From a virus (Duplodnaviria; Heunggongvirae; Uroviricota; Caudoviricetes), in the IMG/VR virus record IMGVR_UViG_3300044673_000278, positions 32,001 to 96,000 of that record: a stretch of DNA of 64,000 bases; one strand, 5' to 3'. The notes under the pieces were generated by a model. It was not told the origin of the DNA. It saw only the letters and a list, made by a program, of their open reading frames with translations, and searched no databases. Position 1 is the first letter of the stretch. The number at the start of each line of letters is the position of its first letter. This document shows positions 9,037 through 16,847 of the stretch, piece after piece. Made by a program: the position numbers and the translations under genes.

Positions 9037-10237
9037 TTACTTGTTTTAACTCCTTGGGAGTATTTACCATGTGTTCATCAATTTCTACGCGGTTAATACC
9101 CTTGCGAGCATATTCGGCCAATCGATACATGTGTGGCATCAACACACGTTCCAGTTCGCTGTGCAGGCCTCGGGCACCTGTTTTGTTCTTCATGGTGTTG
9201 TCAGCAATGGTTTCCAGCGCGGCCTGTGTGAATTCCAGTTCCACTTGATCCTGACGGAACAGCCACTGATACTGCTCAATGTAGCTGTGTTTGATATCAA
9301 TGAGAATACGGATCAAATCTTCGCGGGTGAGTTCTTCCAGTGCGACCCAGGCAGGGAAACGACCCACAAATTCTGGAATCATACCAAACTTGATAATGTC
9401 TTCGGGGTTGACTTCGGCCAAGCTAGCTTTGTCGTTGGCGGACTTTACTTGTCCACTAAAGCCAATGCTGGTGCCGCGGGTGCGATTCTTGACCATGGTG
9501 TCTAGGCCCACAAATGCACCTCCAGCAATGAACAGGATGTTTGTGGTATCAATTTCCACAGTTTCGCCTGAAGGATGCTTGCGACCGCCTTGTGGTACAA
9601 TCCTGCACTTGGTGCCTTCTACCAGCTTGAGCAGGGCTTGCTGTACACCTTCGCCCGACACGTCACGTGTGATACTGGCGCTTTCGCTGCGACGGCTGAT
9701 CTTGTCAACTTCGTCCAGGAACACAATACCACGTTCGCAACGTTTGACATCGTAGTCAGCAGCAGCAAACAGTCGGCTGATTAGGCTTTCAACATCGTCG
9801 CCTACATAACCTGCTTCTGTGAGGCTAGTAGCATCTGCAATCACAAAGGGCACATCAAGATAACGTGCCACTGATCGTGCCAACAGAGTCTTGCCTGAAC
9901 CTGTGGGGCCCAACATGAGAATGTTGACTTTTTCGATTTCAGTGTTCTTGTCTGTGTTGTTGATGCGCTTGTAGTGGTTGGCAATGGCCACACTCAGCAC
10001 TTTTTTAGCAGCGTCTTGTCCAATCACGTACTGATCAAGATGCGCTTTGATAGCCACCGGATCCAGTGTGGGTGTGGTAGGAGGCTTGCGCAAATCAATA
10101 TCTTCTTTGAGCAAGTTCTCACAAAGATCGACACATTCATTGCATATAGCAACGTCTGCGCCCACAATCAGTTTGGCCACTGCATCTTTGTGCTTGCCGC
10201 AAAAGCTACAGGTTTCAAGTGTTTCAGTTTGTTTCAT
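9029..10237 (-). CDS. clpX: ATP-dependent Clp protease ATPase ClpX
   Basis: CSFC..C..C zinc domain, GPTGSGKT, GYVG, DEVDK, RDVSGEGVQ, RKH, IGF loop, TGARGL. Confidence 0.97.
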   Translation of the reverse strand: MKQTETLETCSFCGKHKDAVAKLIVGADVAICNECVDLCENLLKEDIDLRKPPTTPTLDPVAIKAHLDQYVIGQDAAKKVLSVAIANHYKRINNTDKNTEIEKVNILMLGPTGSGKTLLARSVARYLDVPFVIADATSLTEAGYVGDDVESLISRLFAAADYDVKRCERGIVFLDEVDKISRRSESASITRDVSGEGVQQALLKLVEGTKCRIVPQGGRKHPSGETVEIDTTNILFIAGGAFVGLDTMVKNRTRGTSIGFSGQVKSANDKASLAEVNPEDIIKFGMIPEFVGRFPAWVALEELTREDLIRILIDIKHSYIEQYQWLFRQDQVELEFTQAALETIADNTMKNKTGARGLHSELERVLMPHMYRLAEYARKGINRVEIDEHMVNTPKELKQVNE

Positions 10238-11679
10238 GTGTTTCTAGTTTGTAGGCGTTGTGCAATCTGCTCGCGTTCGTTGTCGCTCAGCAGGTCGATG
10301 TCGTATTCACCTGTATCAATCTTTGAGATCAAATGATCAATATAGGCTTCGTTGTAAGTATAGTTAGCTGTTTGATTTTTGTCAACTAAAATCCAGTCTG
10401 TGCCATTGTGTTTAAACACCTGATTGGGCATCTTGTCTGTGCGAACATGACTGTCACCCTTTTTGGCATCATCCGGAAATACAGGACCAAACGTGCTCAG
10501 TGGCTCTCTGGGCAACTCATTGTCTGCTACCAACTTCATCCATGGCAGGATGTCAATTTCTCCTCGCACTAGTTTAGCACGTTCTCCTTTGAGAGTGGAT
10601 TCAGGATTTTGTTCCTTCCACAGCTTCATTGCAGCTTTGACATCGGGGTGATCTTCATTGAGCTCTTCTTCGTCATCTTCTGGCTCAGGCTCTGGTCGGT
10701 AAACCATGGGCTTGAGATCTTTGAAGTGATCAAAACCTTTTGTGAGATATGGATGCTGTTCTAGTATTGACTTTTCTGATTCTGGCTCTTTGGGTGGTGC
10801 GAACATCCAACCTGTAGGGTGTGGATCTTCGCTGGCTTTTTGTTCCGCAACATCCTCTGTTGGCGCTGGTACTTCTGCAGGCTCGGGCTCAGCAGGTGCT
10901 AATTTCAATGCTTCAAACACTCGCTGACGTTCCCACTTCAAACTCTCTGTGGCGGCCAATAACATCATGATAGCCAAAGGGTCAAACACCACAACCAACA
11001 GTATGATTACCCAGCGTACCGCTGCTTCCAACAAGTTCGCGTCAGCAGTGTCGCCATAGACCAAGGCGGCAATATATTTGATCGGGCCCACTTCGGCCTC
11101 GACCTTGCGTACTTCAGCTGCAATAGGCGCTCGTTCTTCGTTGAGTGCGGCAATCCTTTTTTGACTCTCTGCAATTTCTTTAAGTAAGCGACCACGCTCG
11201 GCCTGTTGGCTGCGACGAATTTGAACTGCTTTGTCTGCACCTTTTTCATCTGTTGAGCGGCCCATAACTTGGTCCACTGCTTCGTCAAGTTGTTTAAGCG
11301 CCTTACGGTTCGCATCTATGTTGTCCCGTTCTGTTCGTATCTTTTCGTCGTACACAGCAATCTTGGCCTGTACGTCTCCGCTGATCATGCCTTGGTCTGA
11401 GTGTGCCTTTGATAGAAATCCAAAGATACCCATTGATGTGATCAGCATCAACACTGCCACAGCAGGCACTAGGTACACTTTCATCAAGAATCGGCACTGG
11501 CGCCAATACTCGTGTAACCACAGTGTGACTACTACTTTGCCCAGTTCTAGGATTGAACCCATGACAATGATAGGCACAACCGCAGCAGCAAAAATAGCGG
11601 CTAGACCAGCTATTGAGTAGAAAGCGGCGATAATTGACAGGCTCAGGGCTACTGCCAATGTAATGTAACTTAGAAACAT
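10234..11679 (-). CDS. membrane protein with coiled coil and acidic/Pro-rich C-terminal region
   Basis: Three N-terminal TMs, coiled coil, VGPIKYIA, a further TM (VFDPLA). Confidence 0.75.
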   Translation of the reverse strand: MFLSYITLAVALSLSIIAAFYSIAGLAAIFAAAVVPIIVMGSILELGKVVVTLWLHEYWRQCRFLMKVYLVPAVAVLMLITSMGIFGFLSKAHSDQGMISGDVQAKIAVYDEKIRTERDNIDANRKALKQLDEAVDQVMGRSTDEKGADKAVQIRRSQQAERGRLLKEIAESQKRIAALNEERAPIAAEVRKVEAEVGPIKYIAALVYGDTADANLLEAAVRWVIILLVVVFDPLAIMMLLAATESLKWERQRVFEALKLAPAEPEPAEVPAPTEDVAEQKASEDPHPTGWMFAPPKEPESEKSILEQHPYLTKGFDHFKDLKPMVYRPEPEPEDDEEELNEDHPDVKAAMKLWKEQNPESTLKGERAKLVRGEIDILPWMKLVADNELPREPLSTFGPVFPDDAKKGDSHVRTDKMPNQVFKHNGTDWILVDKNQTANYTYNEAYIDHLISKIDTGEYDIDLLSDNEREQIAQRLQTRNT

Positions 11680-11683
11680 AGGA

Positions 11684-11971
11684 TTATTTAGTGCCCGCTA
11701 CACGGGCAATCACACTATGCTTTACTGATACCCAAGTAGCAAAGTTTGGATCGGGTACATCAAACCAAACACGTACAGACTTGCTGCCCCAGTTGTTTAT
11801 GAGTTTGCGTTTGACTCTGGGTTGGCCGCGCCAGTTATGAGTACCGTACAAGGTATTGGCTTCACGAATCAAAGCGTACCATGTATCAGTGTCGGTGATT
11901 TCCACCCACACTCTGTGGTAAGGGTGCATACCAGAAGCCGTTTCTTTAAGCGAATCAAGGGATGATGACAT
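11684..11971 (-). CDS. hypothetical protein
   Basis: 95-aa ORF in the local gene orientation. Confidence 0.6.
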   Translation of the reverse strand: MSSSLDSLKETASGMHPYHRVWVEITDTDTWYALIREANTLYGTHNWRGQPRVKRKLINNWGSKSVRVWFDVPDPNFATWVSVKHSVIARVAGTK

Positions 11972-11999
11972 AATAAAGAGGTCACTATTTTAATAAACA

Positions 12000-12157
12000 C
12001 AAGGTTCTTTCCACTGCTTTGTTCCCATCTGGGCTTACTCCCGGGTACCAGCCCGGTTTTGACTTTCGTCAGGGGCAGTGTCGCACCTACTGGACTTACA
12101 CTGTTAGCCACGGACAGGCGTCCCTGTCCACAGTACCAAATATACTTCCGATATGCA
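12000..12157 (-). ncRNA. candidate structured non-coding RNA or cis-regulatory leader
   Basis: GC-rich intergenic stretch with five stems including UGAC-GAAA-GUCA; sigma70 promoter directly upstream. Confidence 0.5.
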
Positions 12158-12163
12158 AACTAT

Positions 12164-12192
12164 ATTTTATGAGAATGCTACCGGCAAGTCAA
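12164..12192 (-). promoter_or_regulatory. sigma70-like promoter upstream of the structured RNA
   Basis: TTGACT-N17-TAAAAT. Confidence 0.65.
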
Positions 12193-12196
12193 TGAT

Positions 12197-13108
12197 TTAG
12201 GCATTGACTTCGAGAATAATTTGATCCAATTCTTTGCGAATGAAATGTTCGTCGGGGTTATAGGCCACACCTTGCCAACGTTTGATTTTGATCGGCTCTC
12301 CAGGATTCCAATCATTGTGCCAGAAGTTGCCATTCCATACAGCATGGTATTCATGACCGCTTTGGGTTTCCACATTGTATTTGCCTTCGCGCACAGGCTT
12401 GACTTTGCCTGGGAACCAATCGGTCAGTGGATACTTGATGTCGTCCATGTCTCGATAACGTTCGTAGCCCGAACCTTGATTGGAGCCAGCAATGTAGAAA
12501 GCGTGGTCTGAGCCCTTGCCGTTGGTATCGCCGCCGTAGTTTTCTAGTTCTTCGTCGTCGTACTCAACACCAACAATGATTTCGTTGCTGTCAAAGTCTG
12601 AAATATTCAGCAGTAGTTTTTCGGGGTCAAACGGCTCCCGGAGATTGATGTCTGCTTCGAAAAAGGTACCCTTTTCTGATATATAACCAAAGTATACCAC
12701 AGTGCCTGAGTCCTGGCTGTCAATCCACACTTCTTCAAATGTGCTGAGTTGCACATCACAGCCATCCAAGCTGGACAGATCTCGCTCGTAGACTACAGTG
12801 CCATTTTCGTCCAAGACCTGCATGGTGCCAGCATTTTTGTCCACGCCGTGAGCATGACCTATGTTATCACACTCGAACCAGGCGCCAGGTTCAAACGGGC
12901 GCATGTCTTCGGGCACTAAATCAAACTCGTCGCCGCCCCAGGCATAGTCTGGTACGCTGAGCCTGTGCTTTCTAAAGTAGTTGTAGACTTCGGGCTCCAC
13001 GTTGCCCATGACGTATTCACCGCCATAGCCCCACAGTTGAATCTTGTAAGTACGTGGAGTGAATTTTAGATGTTCGATGAGTTTTTGTTGTTCTTCAGCT
13101 GTGGCCAT
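12197..13108 (-). CDS. acidic hypothetical protein
   Basis: Long ORF; start moved to MATAEE behind an AAGGA SD. Confidence 0.75.
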   Translation of the reverse strand: MATAEEQQKLIEHLKFTPRTYKIQLWGYGGEYVMGNVEPEVYNYFRKHRLSVPDYAWGGDEFDLVPEDMRPFEPGAWFECDNIGHAHGVDKNAGTMQVLDENGTVVYERDLSSLDGCDVQLSTFEEVWIDSQDSGTVVYFGYISEKGTFFEADINLREPFDPEKLLLNISDFDSNEIIVGVEYDDEELENYGGDTNGKGSDHAFYIAGSNQGSGYERYRDMDDIKYPLTDWFPGKVKPVREGKYNVETQSGHEYHAVWNGNFWHNDWNPGEPIKIKRWQGVAYNPDEHFIRKELDQIILEVNA

Positions 13109-13562
13109 TTTGTTGTTCCTTTGTGAGTTTGCATACCAGTTGGAACTGTTCGTAGGCATCTCGAACAGCAGGATGTGCCATTAATTTGTCAGCCTCGTCT
13201 TGCATAGCCTGAATGCCTGCTTCAGCAAGATCCCGAGTGCTTGAGAAAGTCAAACTAAAGAATTCGTCGCCAAATGCAGCTTTCATTTCTTCCCAGGCAG
13301 CACGTTGGCGCTCTGTGATAGGATGCTCTTTGGGTCGGGCTTCGCTTTCTTTATACATAGCGGCGCAGATAGCATCTTCGGCCACACGCCCGGCAGCAAT
13401 CATAGCAGCATAGTTGGGATCTATTCCGTAGCGGCGACTGGCGCCGCCTGGGTAGACCATTACTAGATGTGCGCCCTTGGGAAAGCTATCCAACAGCTCG
13501 TTGTCATATTCGCTCACAGGCACGTACCTGCGGCCGCGTTTTTCGTAGAAAATCTTTTTCAT
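13095..13562 (-). CDS. hypothetical protein
   Basis: Start moved to MKKIFY, coupled to the upstream stop (ATGA). Confidence 0.7.
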   Translation of the reverse strand: MKKIFYEKRGRRYVPVSEYDNELLDSFPKGAHLVMVYPGGASRRYGIDPNYAAMIAAGRVAEDAICAAMYKESEARPKEHPITERQRAAWEEMKAAFGDEFFSLTFSSTRDLAEAGIQAMQDEADKLMAHPAVRDAYEQFQLVCKLTKEQQNGHS

Positions 13563-13957
13563 TGATAATCTCGGTCCACACCAATATTGGCTAGGCCAGC
13601 AACGACTTGGAAACGATCCCAAGCGTCTTTGGCCGCAGGGTTGCGTTCTAGTTCAGATTCGGGCAGCACAGTTTCCAACCAGTATTCGGGTCTGCGTCGG
13701 GGATATGCACCAAACTTGCGGGGCTGGTGAATTTTGCCTTCTCCCCACAGTAGCATGACTACAGACTTTACGTCATCGTGCTCCAGTCCTTCCCATTCGG
13801 GATTGAAAGTGGTGTACCCTGCCCAAATACTTTCCCACTGTGCATCCACTGTGGGATCAAAGTCGGTGCGAGTGATCAGCACCAGCACATCGTCGATGTT
13901 TACTCGACCTTCTACGATGTCACGCACACATCGGGAGAGACTGAGACCAATTTTCAT
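13559..13957 (-). CDS. hypothetical protein
   Basis: ATGA-coupled to the ligase gene. Confidence 0.75.
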   Translation of the reverse strand: MKIGLSLSRCVRDIVEGRVNIDDVLVLITRTDFDPTVDAQWESIWAGYTTFNPEWEGLEHDDVKSVVMLLWGEGKIHQPRKFGAYPRRRPEYWLETVLPESELERNPAAKDAWDRFQVVAGLANIGVDRDYQ

Positions 13958-15339
13958 ACTTTGCTTCCTGCTTCAAAGTCGCGGAATCTCAAGAATCGCG
14001 GGAATCGGAGACTGTAGGTTCCGTCTTGGTTTTGCGTGACGGCATCAGCTTGGACTTCAACCAAGTGGCCCAATAGATCATTCCTTGCGATCCAATACTG
14101 ATCCCTGTCGCTATCAGACAAACCGCTACCAACATTAACACGAATACGACGTCCATTGTCTTCTCCTTCACAAATTATAGCACCCAACCTATTTAAATTG
14201 CGACCGGTGCCTTCTTCAAAACCCACAATGGTCAGGTCCACAGTGATTGTGGGTTTCCACTTCATCCAAGCATCTGTTCGCTTGCACCGATAGGGTGCAG
14301 TCAAATCCTTGATCATGATGCCTTCATAGCCTTGCTCCACACTGGCGTCAGCGAACCTACGCATGACATCATGCCCTTCGGCAGTGTCTAAATCTACGTT
14401 CATGCCGGGCATGATACGCAGGCAATCAGTTTGATCGTTGAGGATGCTTTGAGCAGATTCCAACCACTCCAGTCGGCTCTGTTGATCAACTTTCCAGGTG
14501 CCGTCTTTGAAACTGTCCAGGGGAATGATGTCAAAGATATGATACACCATGTTGTCAGTTTTGGCATCTGACTTACGATGTGCCTGGCGCATGAGCTTTT
14601 GAAAGCTTTCGCCCACAATCTCACCGTCCAGCACAAAGTGGCCGCCGGTGCCGCGACCATACTGAAATGCTCGACGCTGATCCAGGATGGCTTCGGCAAT
14701 CTGCGGAAAGTTTGCAAACTCTTTGCCGTTGCGGCTGTACAGTGTACACGAGTTACCACTCACCACTGCCAGCACACGCACACCATCCAGCTTGACTTCC
14801 AGTCGGCGAATACCACGTAGCTTTTTGGGGTGATCCGAACTGTCCTGTGCCAGCTGGCAACCAAACACAGGAATAGCCCACTCAGTTTTGCCCAGGACCT
14901 TGTTTAGGGTTTTTTCTGAAATACCACAACGTAGGTCTTTGGTAATCACAGGACGGCATACCAAGTTCCACTCGTTGTCGTCAAACAGTTCACTGCACTG
15001 CTCAATGGCATCGCGAGCAGCATGCCCGGTCACAGAACGAGTGCGCAGGCTTTCCAGCAGTGCCCAGAACTTGGGCCAGATGTTGGGACGGTTACTGTGC
15101 CCAGATACTTCGGGTACCTGGCGAACGTGAAATGTGTAGAAAGGATTGTAGGCTTGATAGCAGTTGAACAAGAAACACTGTGCATCGGCACTGCCCAGCT
15201 TGGCGGCCATAAGAGCTTTTTCGATAACTTTTTCCTTGTGGATACGGCTATCAGAACTGGCTAGGTCTTGAATCCAACTGGCACTCATAGCGCCATCAAA
15301 CCTCTCATCACTGAAATCAATTTTGTCGATATCACTCAT
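13954..15339 (-). CDS. ATP-dependent DNA ligase (T4 gp30-like)
   Basis: KLDGVR, LDGE, FDI, EGIMIK, KWKP, LRFPRF. Confidence 0.95.
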   Translation of the reverse strand: MSDIDKIDFSDERFDGAMSASWIQDLASSDSRIHKEKVIEKALMAAKLGSADAQCFLFNCYQAYNPFYTFHVRQVPEVSGHSNRPNIWPKFWALLESLRTRSVTGHAARDAIEQCSELFDDNEWNLVCRPVITKDLRCGISEKTLNKVLGKTEWAIPVFGCQLAQDSSDHPKKLRGIRRLEVKLDGVRVLAVVSGNSCTLYSRNGKEFANFPQIAEAILDQRRAFQYGRGTGGHFVLDGEIVGESFQKLMRQAHRKSDAKTDNMVYHIFDIIPLDSFKDGTWKVDQQSRLEWLESAQSILNDQTDCLRIMPGMNVDLDTAEGHDVMRRFADASVEQGYEGIMIKDLTAPYRCKRTDAWMKWKPTITVDLTIVGFEEGTGRNLNRLGAIICEGEDNGRRIRVNVGSGLSDSDRDQYWIARNDLLGHLVEVQADAVTQNQDGTYSLRFPRFLRFRDFEAGSKV

Positions 15340-15351
15340 ATATTTAAACTT

Positions 15352-15759
15352 TTACCAGCTGGAATTATAGAACACTTTTAGACCAAGGAACAATTCTGCA
15401 CGAGCATTCTTGATAAACTCAAGATCCTGTTCGCGATAGTACTCGTCTGAATCTTCGCCGAAGAAGAATCCACTGGTACCAGGCAGTTGTCCATGTGTTA
15501 CTGCACGTTCAAGTTCATCAAGGTCTTGCCACGTTAGCTCAAGTTCGTCACCGTTGAAGTCTCCGCTGTTGCCTCGACTTTCCCACAGCCTACGCATCCA
15601 GCCCTGAAGGTTAGGATGTTTACGCCAGTAAGCAATCTCGCGCGGCTTGGCCACCGGAGTATCCCAGTCCTTGGTATCTTCGTTGTAGGTTGCTGTTTCG
15701 TAATGTTCTTCCATGGCACCAGCCTTGGCGGCCACGTATGCGTATTGATCAAGACCCAT
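15352..15759 (-). CDS. hypothetical phage protein
   Basis: MGLDQY...YWRKH...LQGW...YNSSW; AAGGA SD. Confidence 0.8.
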   Translation of the reverse strand: MGLDQYAYVAAKAGAMEEHYETATYNEDTKDWDTPVAKPREIAYWRKHPNLQGWMRRLWESRGNSGDFNGDELELTWQDLDELERAVTHGQLPGTSGFFFGEDSDEYYREQDLEFIKNARAELFLGLKVFYNSSW

Positions 15760-15915
15760 TTACTTTCCTTGTTGATCTGCACGATAAATGCGTTTGAGCC
15801 AATATTTGTATTTGTTAAAGTAAACTCGAATATCGTAGTTTACTGGTTGTCCGTAACTTTCTGCTTCGGCTTGATGTTCAAGCCATTTTTCGTGTAGCCA
15901 ATGTCTAAAGGTCAT
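15760..15915 (-). CDS. small hypothetical protein (51 aa, not in ORF track)
   Basis: MTFRHWLHEKWLEH...QQGK*; fills the gap exactly, ATGA-coupled, GGAGG SD. Confidence 0.65.
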   Translation of the reverse strand: MTFRHWLHEKWLEHQAEAESYGQPVNYDIRVYFNKYKYWLKRIYRADQQGK

Positions 15916-16187
15916 GCTGCCTCCAACATGCTAGCAGGCACGTTCCAATTGGTATTGCCTTCGCGCACAGTGATGTTCTTGATCTTGACCTTGGCCACAA
16001 CACCAATGTGAACTCGCCCTGTTCGGGGGTGAACAAATTTCACTGTATCGCCGTTCCAGAATTGACGCACATTCTCTTTGGTAATTTGGGCCTTGCGATA
16101 CTTAACTGCATTAAGGATACTCGTCAGTTGATCGTTAGTGAAGTCACCAAACATGATTGCGGAATTAACTTCTTGAATGCTAGTCAT
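15912..16187 (-). CDS. hypothetical protein, possible SH3/KOW-like C-terminus
   Basis: AAGGAG SD; GDTVKF...GVVAKV...WNVP. Confidence 0.7.
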   Translation of the reverse strand: MTSIQEVNSAIMFGDFTNDQLTSILNAVKYRKAQITKENVRQFWNGDTVKFVHPRTGRVHIGVVAKVKIKNITVREGNTNWNVPASMLEAA

Positions 16188-16199
16188 TGCAGTTTCTCC

Positions 16200-16541
16200 T
16201 TAGTCAATGTATTCCAAGTCAGAAAGGATTTCGGCGCAAGCGGCCAGTTCGTACTGCTCAATTAGGTTGCTGGTGGGGCTGGTGCTCTGTGCAGGATATT
16301 TGCTCTTGTGCAGAACACGATCCATCATAGTAGAGCGAATGTTTTCGGCTGTGGCATTGCCTTCTTCCAGGGCGGTCAGGATCTGCTTGAGAACTCGGAG
16401 TTTGGCAGCGGCTTGGAAAGCATCAGTGCCCCAAGTGAGTGCATAGGCAGGATCTTTGGCAAAAGCGTCGGTGAACTTGTCCAGGCGATCCTGGCAAGAT
16501 TGTGCTTGATTAAAATAGCGGGCGATCAACTTCTGCGACAT
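16200..16541 (-). CDS. hypothetical early protein
   Basis: AGGAG SD and its own promoter. Confidence 0.75.
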   Translation of the reverse strand: MSQKLIARYFNQAQSCQDRLDKFTDAFAKDPAYALTWGTDAFQAAAKLRVLKQILTALEEGNATAENIRSTMMDRVLHKSKYPAQSTSPTSNLIEQYELAACAEILSDLEYID

Positions 16542-16573
16542 TTCAAGCTCCTGTTTGTTTACGCTATGTCAAT

Positions 16574-16602
16574 ATTATAGCACTTCGAGAATTTTTGGTC
16601 AA
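16574..16602 (-). promoter_or_regulatory. early sigma70-like promoter
   Basis: TTGACC-N17-TATAAT with extended -10 TG. Confidence 0.8.
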
Positions 16603-16757
16603 ATCTTTTCAAACCACCATCCGTTGAGGCGGAATGTTTCCAGATCGCTGTCATGTGCCCAGGCTTCCATCCACAGGGAGCCGGCTTTCTGAATGTTCAG
16701 GCTAGTGTAGCGCAGGATTTCCAATGCGTCTTTTGTGTAGAACAAAATGCGTGTCAT
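16599..16757 (-). CDS. small hypothetical early protein
   Basis: AAGGAG SD before MTRILFY. Confidence 0.65.
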   Translation of the reverse strand: MTRILFYTKDALEILRYTSLNIQKAGSLWMEAWAHDSDLETFRLNGWWFEKI

Positions 16758-16786
16758 TGCTGGCTCCTTTTTGCTGAACATGCTGT

Positions 16787-16843
16787 ATTATAGCACGAGA
16801 GCCTTTTTTGGGCAAATCGCAAAAAGTAATACTCAAGTACTAC
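16787..16843 (-). promoter_or_regulatory. early promoter with upstream 18-bp palindrome
   Basis: TTGCCC-N17-TATAAT (16787-16815); GTAATACT-ca-AGTACTAC at 16826-16843. Confidence 0.7.
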
Positions 16844-16847
16844 TGTA

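Noticed and set aside
11869-12111. 80-aa GTG-start ORF across the structured region
   Set aside because: Overlaps the 11684-11971 gene out of frame and has no protein features; the dense stems favour an RNA element, though coding is not excluded
12000-12135. Hammerhead or twister ribozyme call (CUGACGA, GAAA, ACACUGCC, AAGCCC words present)
   Set aside because: The required stem II and L4 geometry could not be built; left as an unclassified RNA
15339-15346. Ligase as another leaderless late gene
   Set aside because: TAAATA lies only 1 nt from the ATG, too close; the true start may be a later Met, so it was not counted
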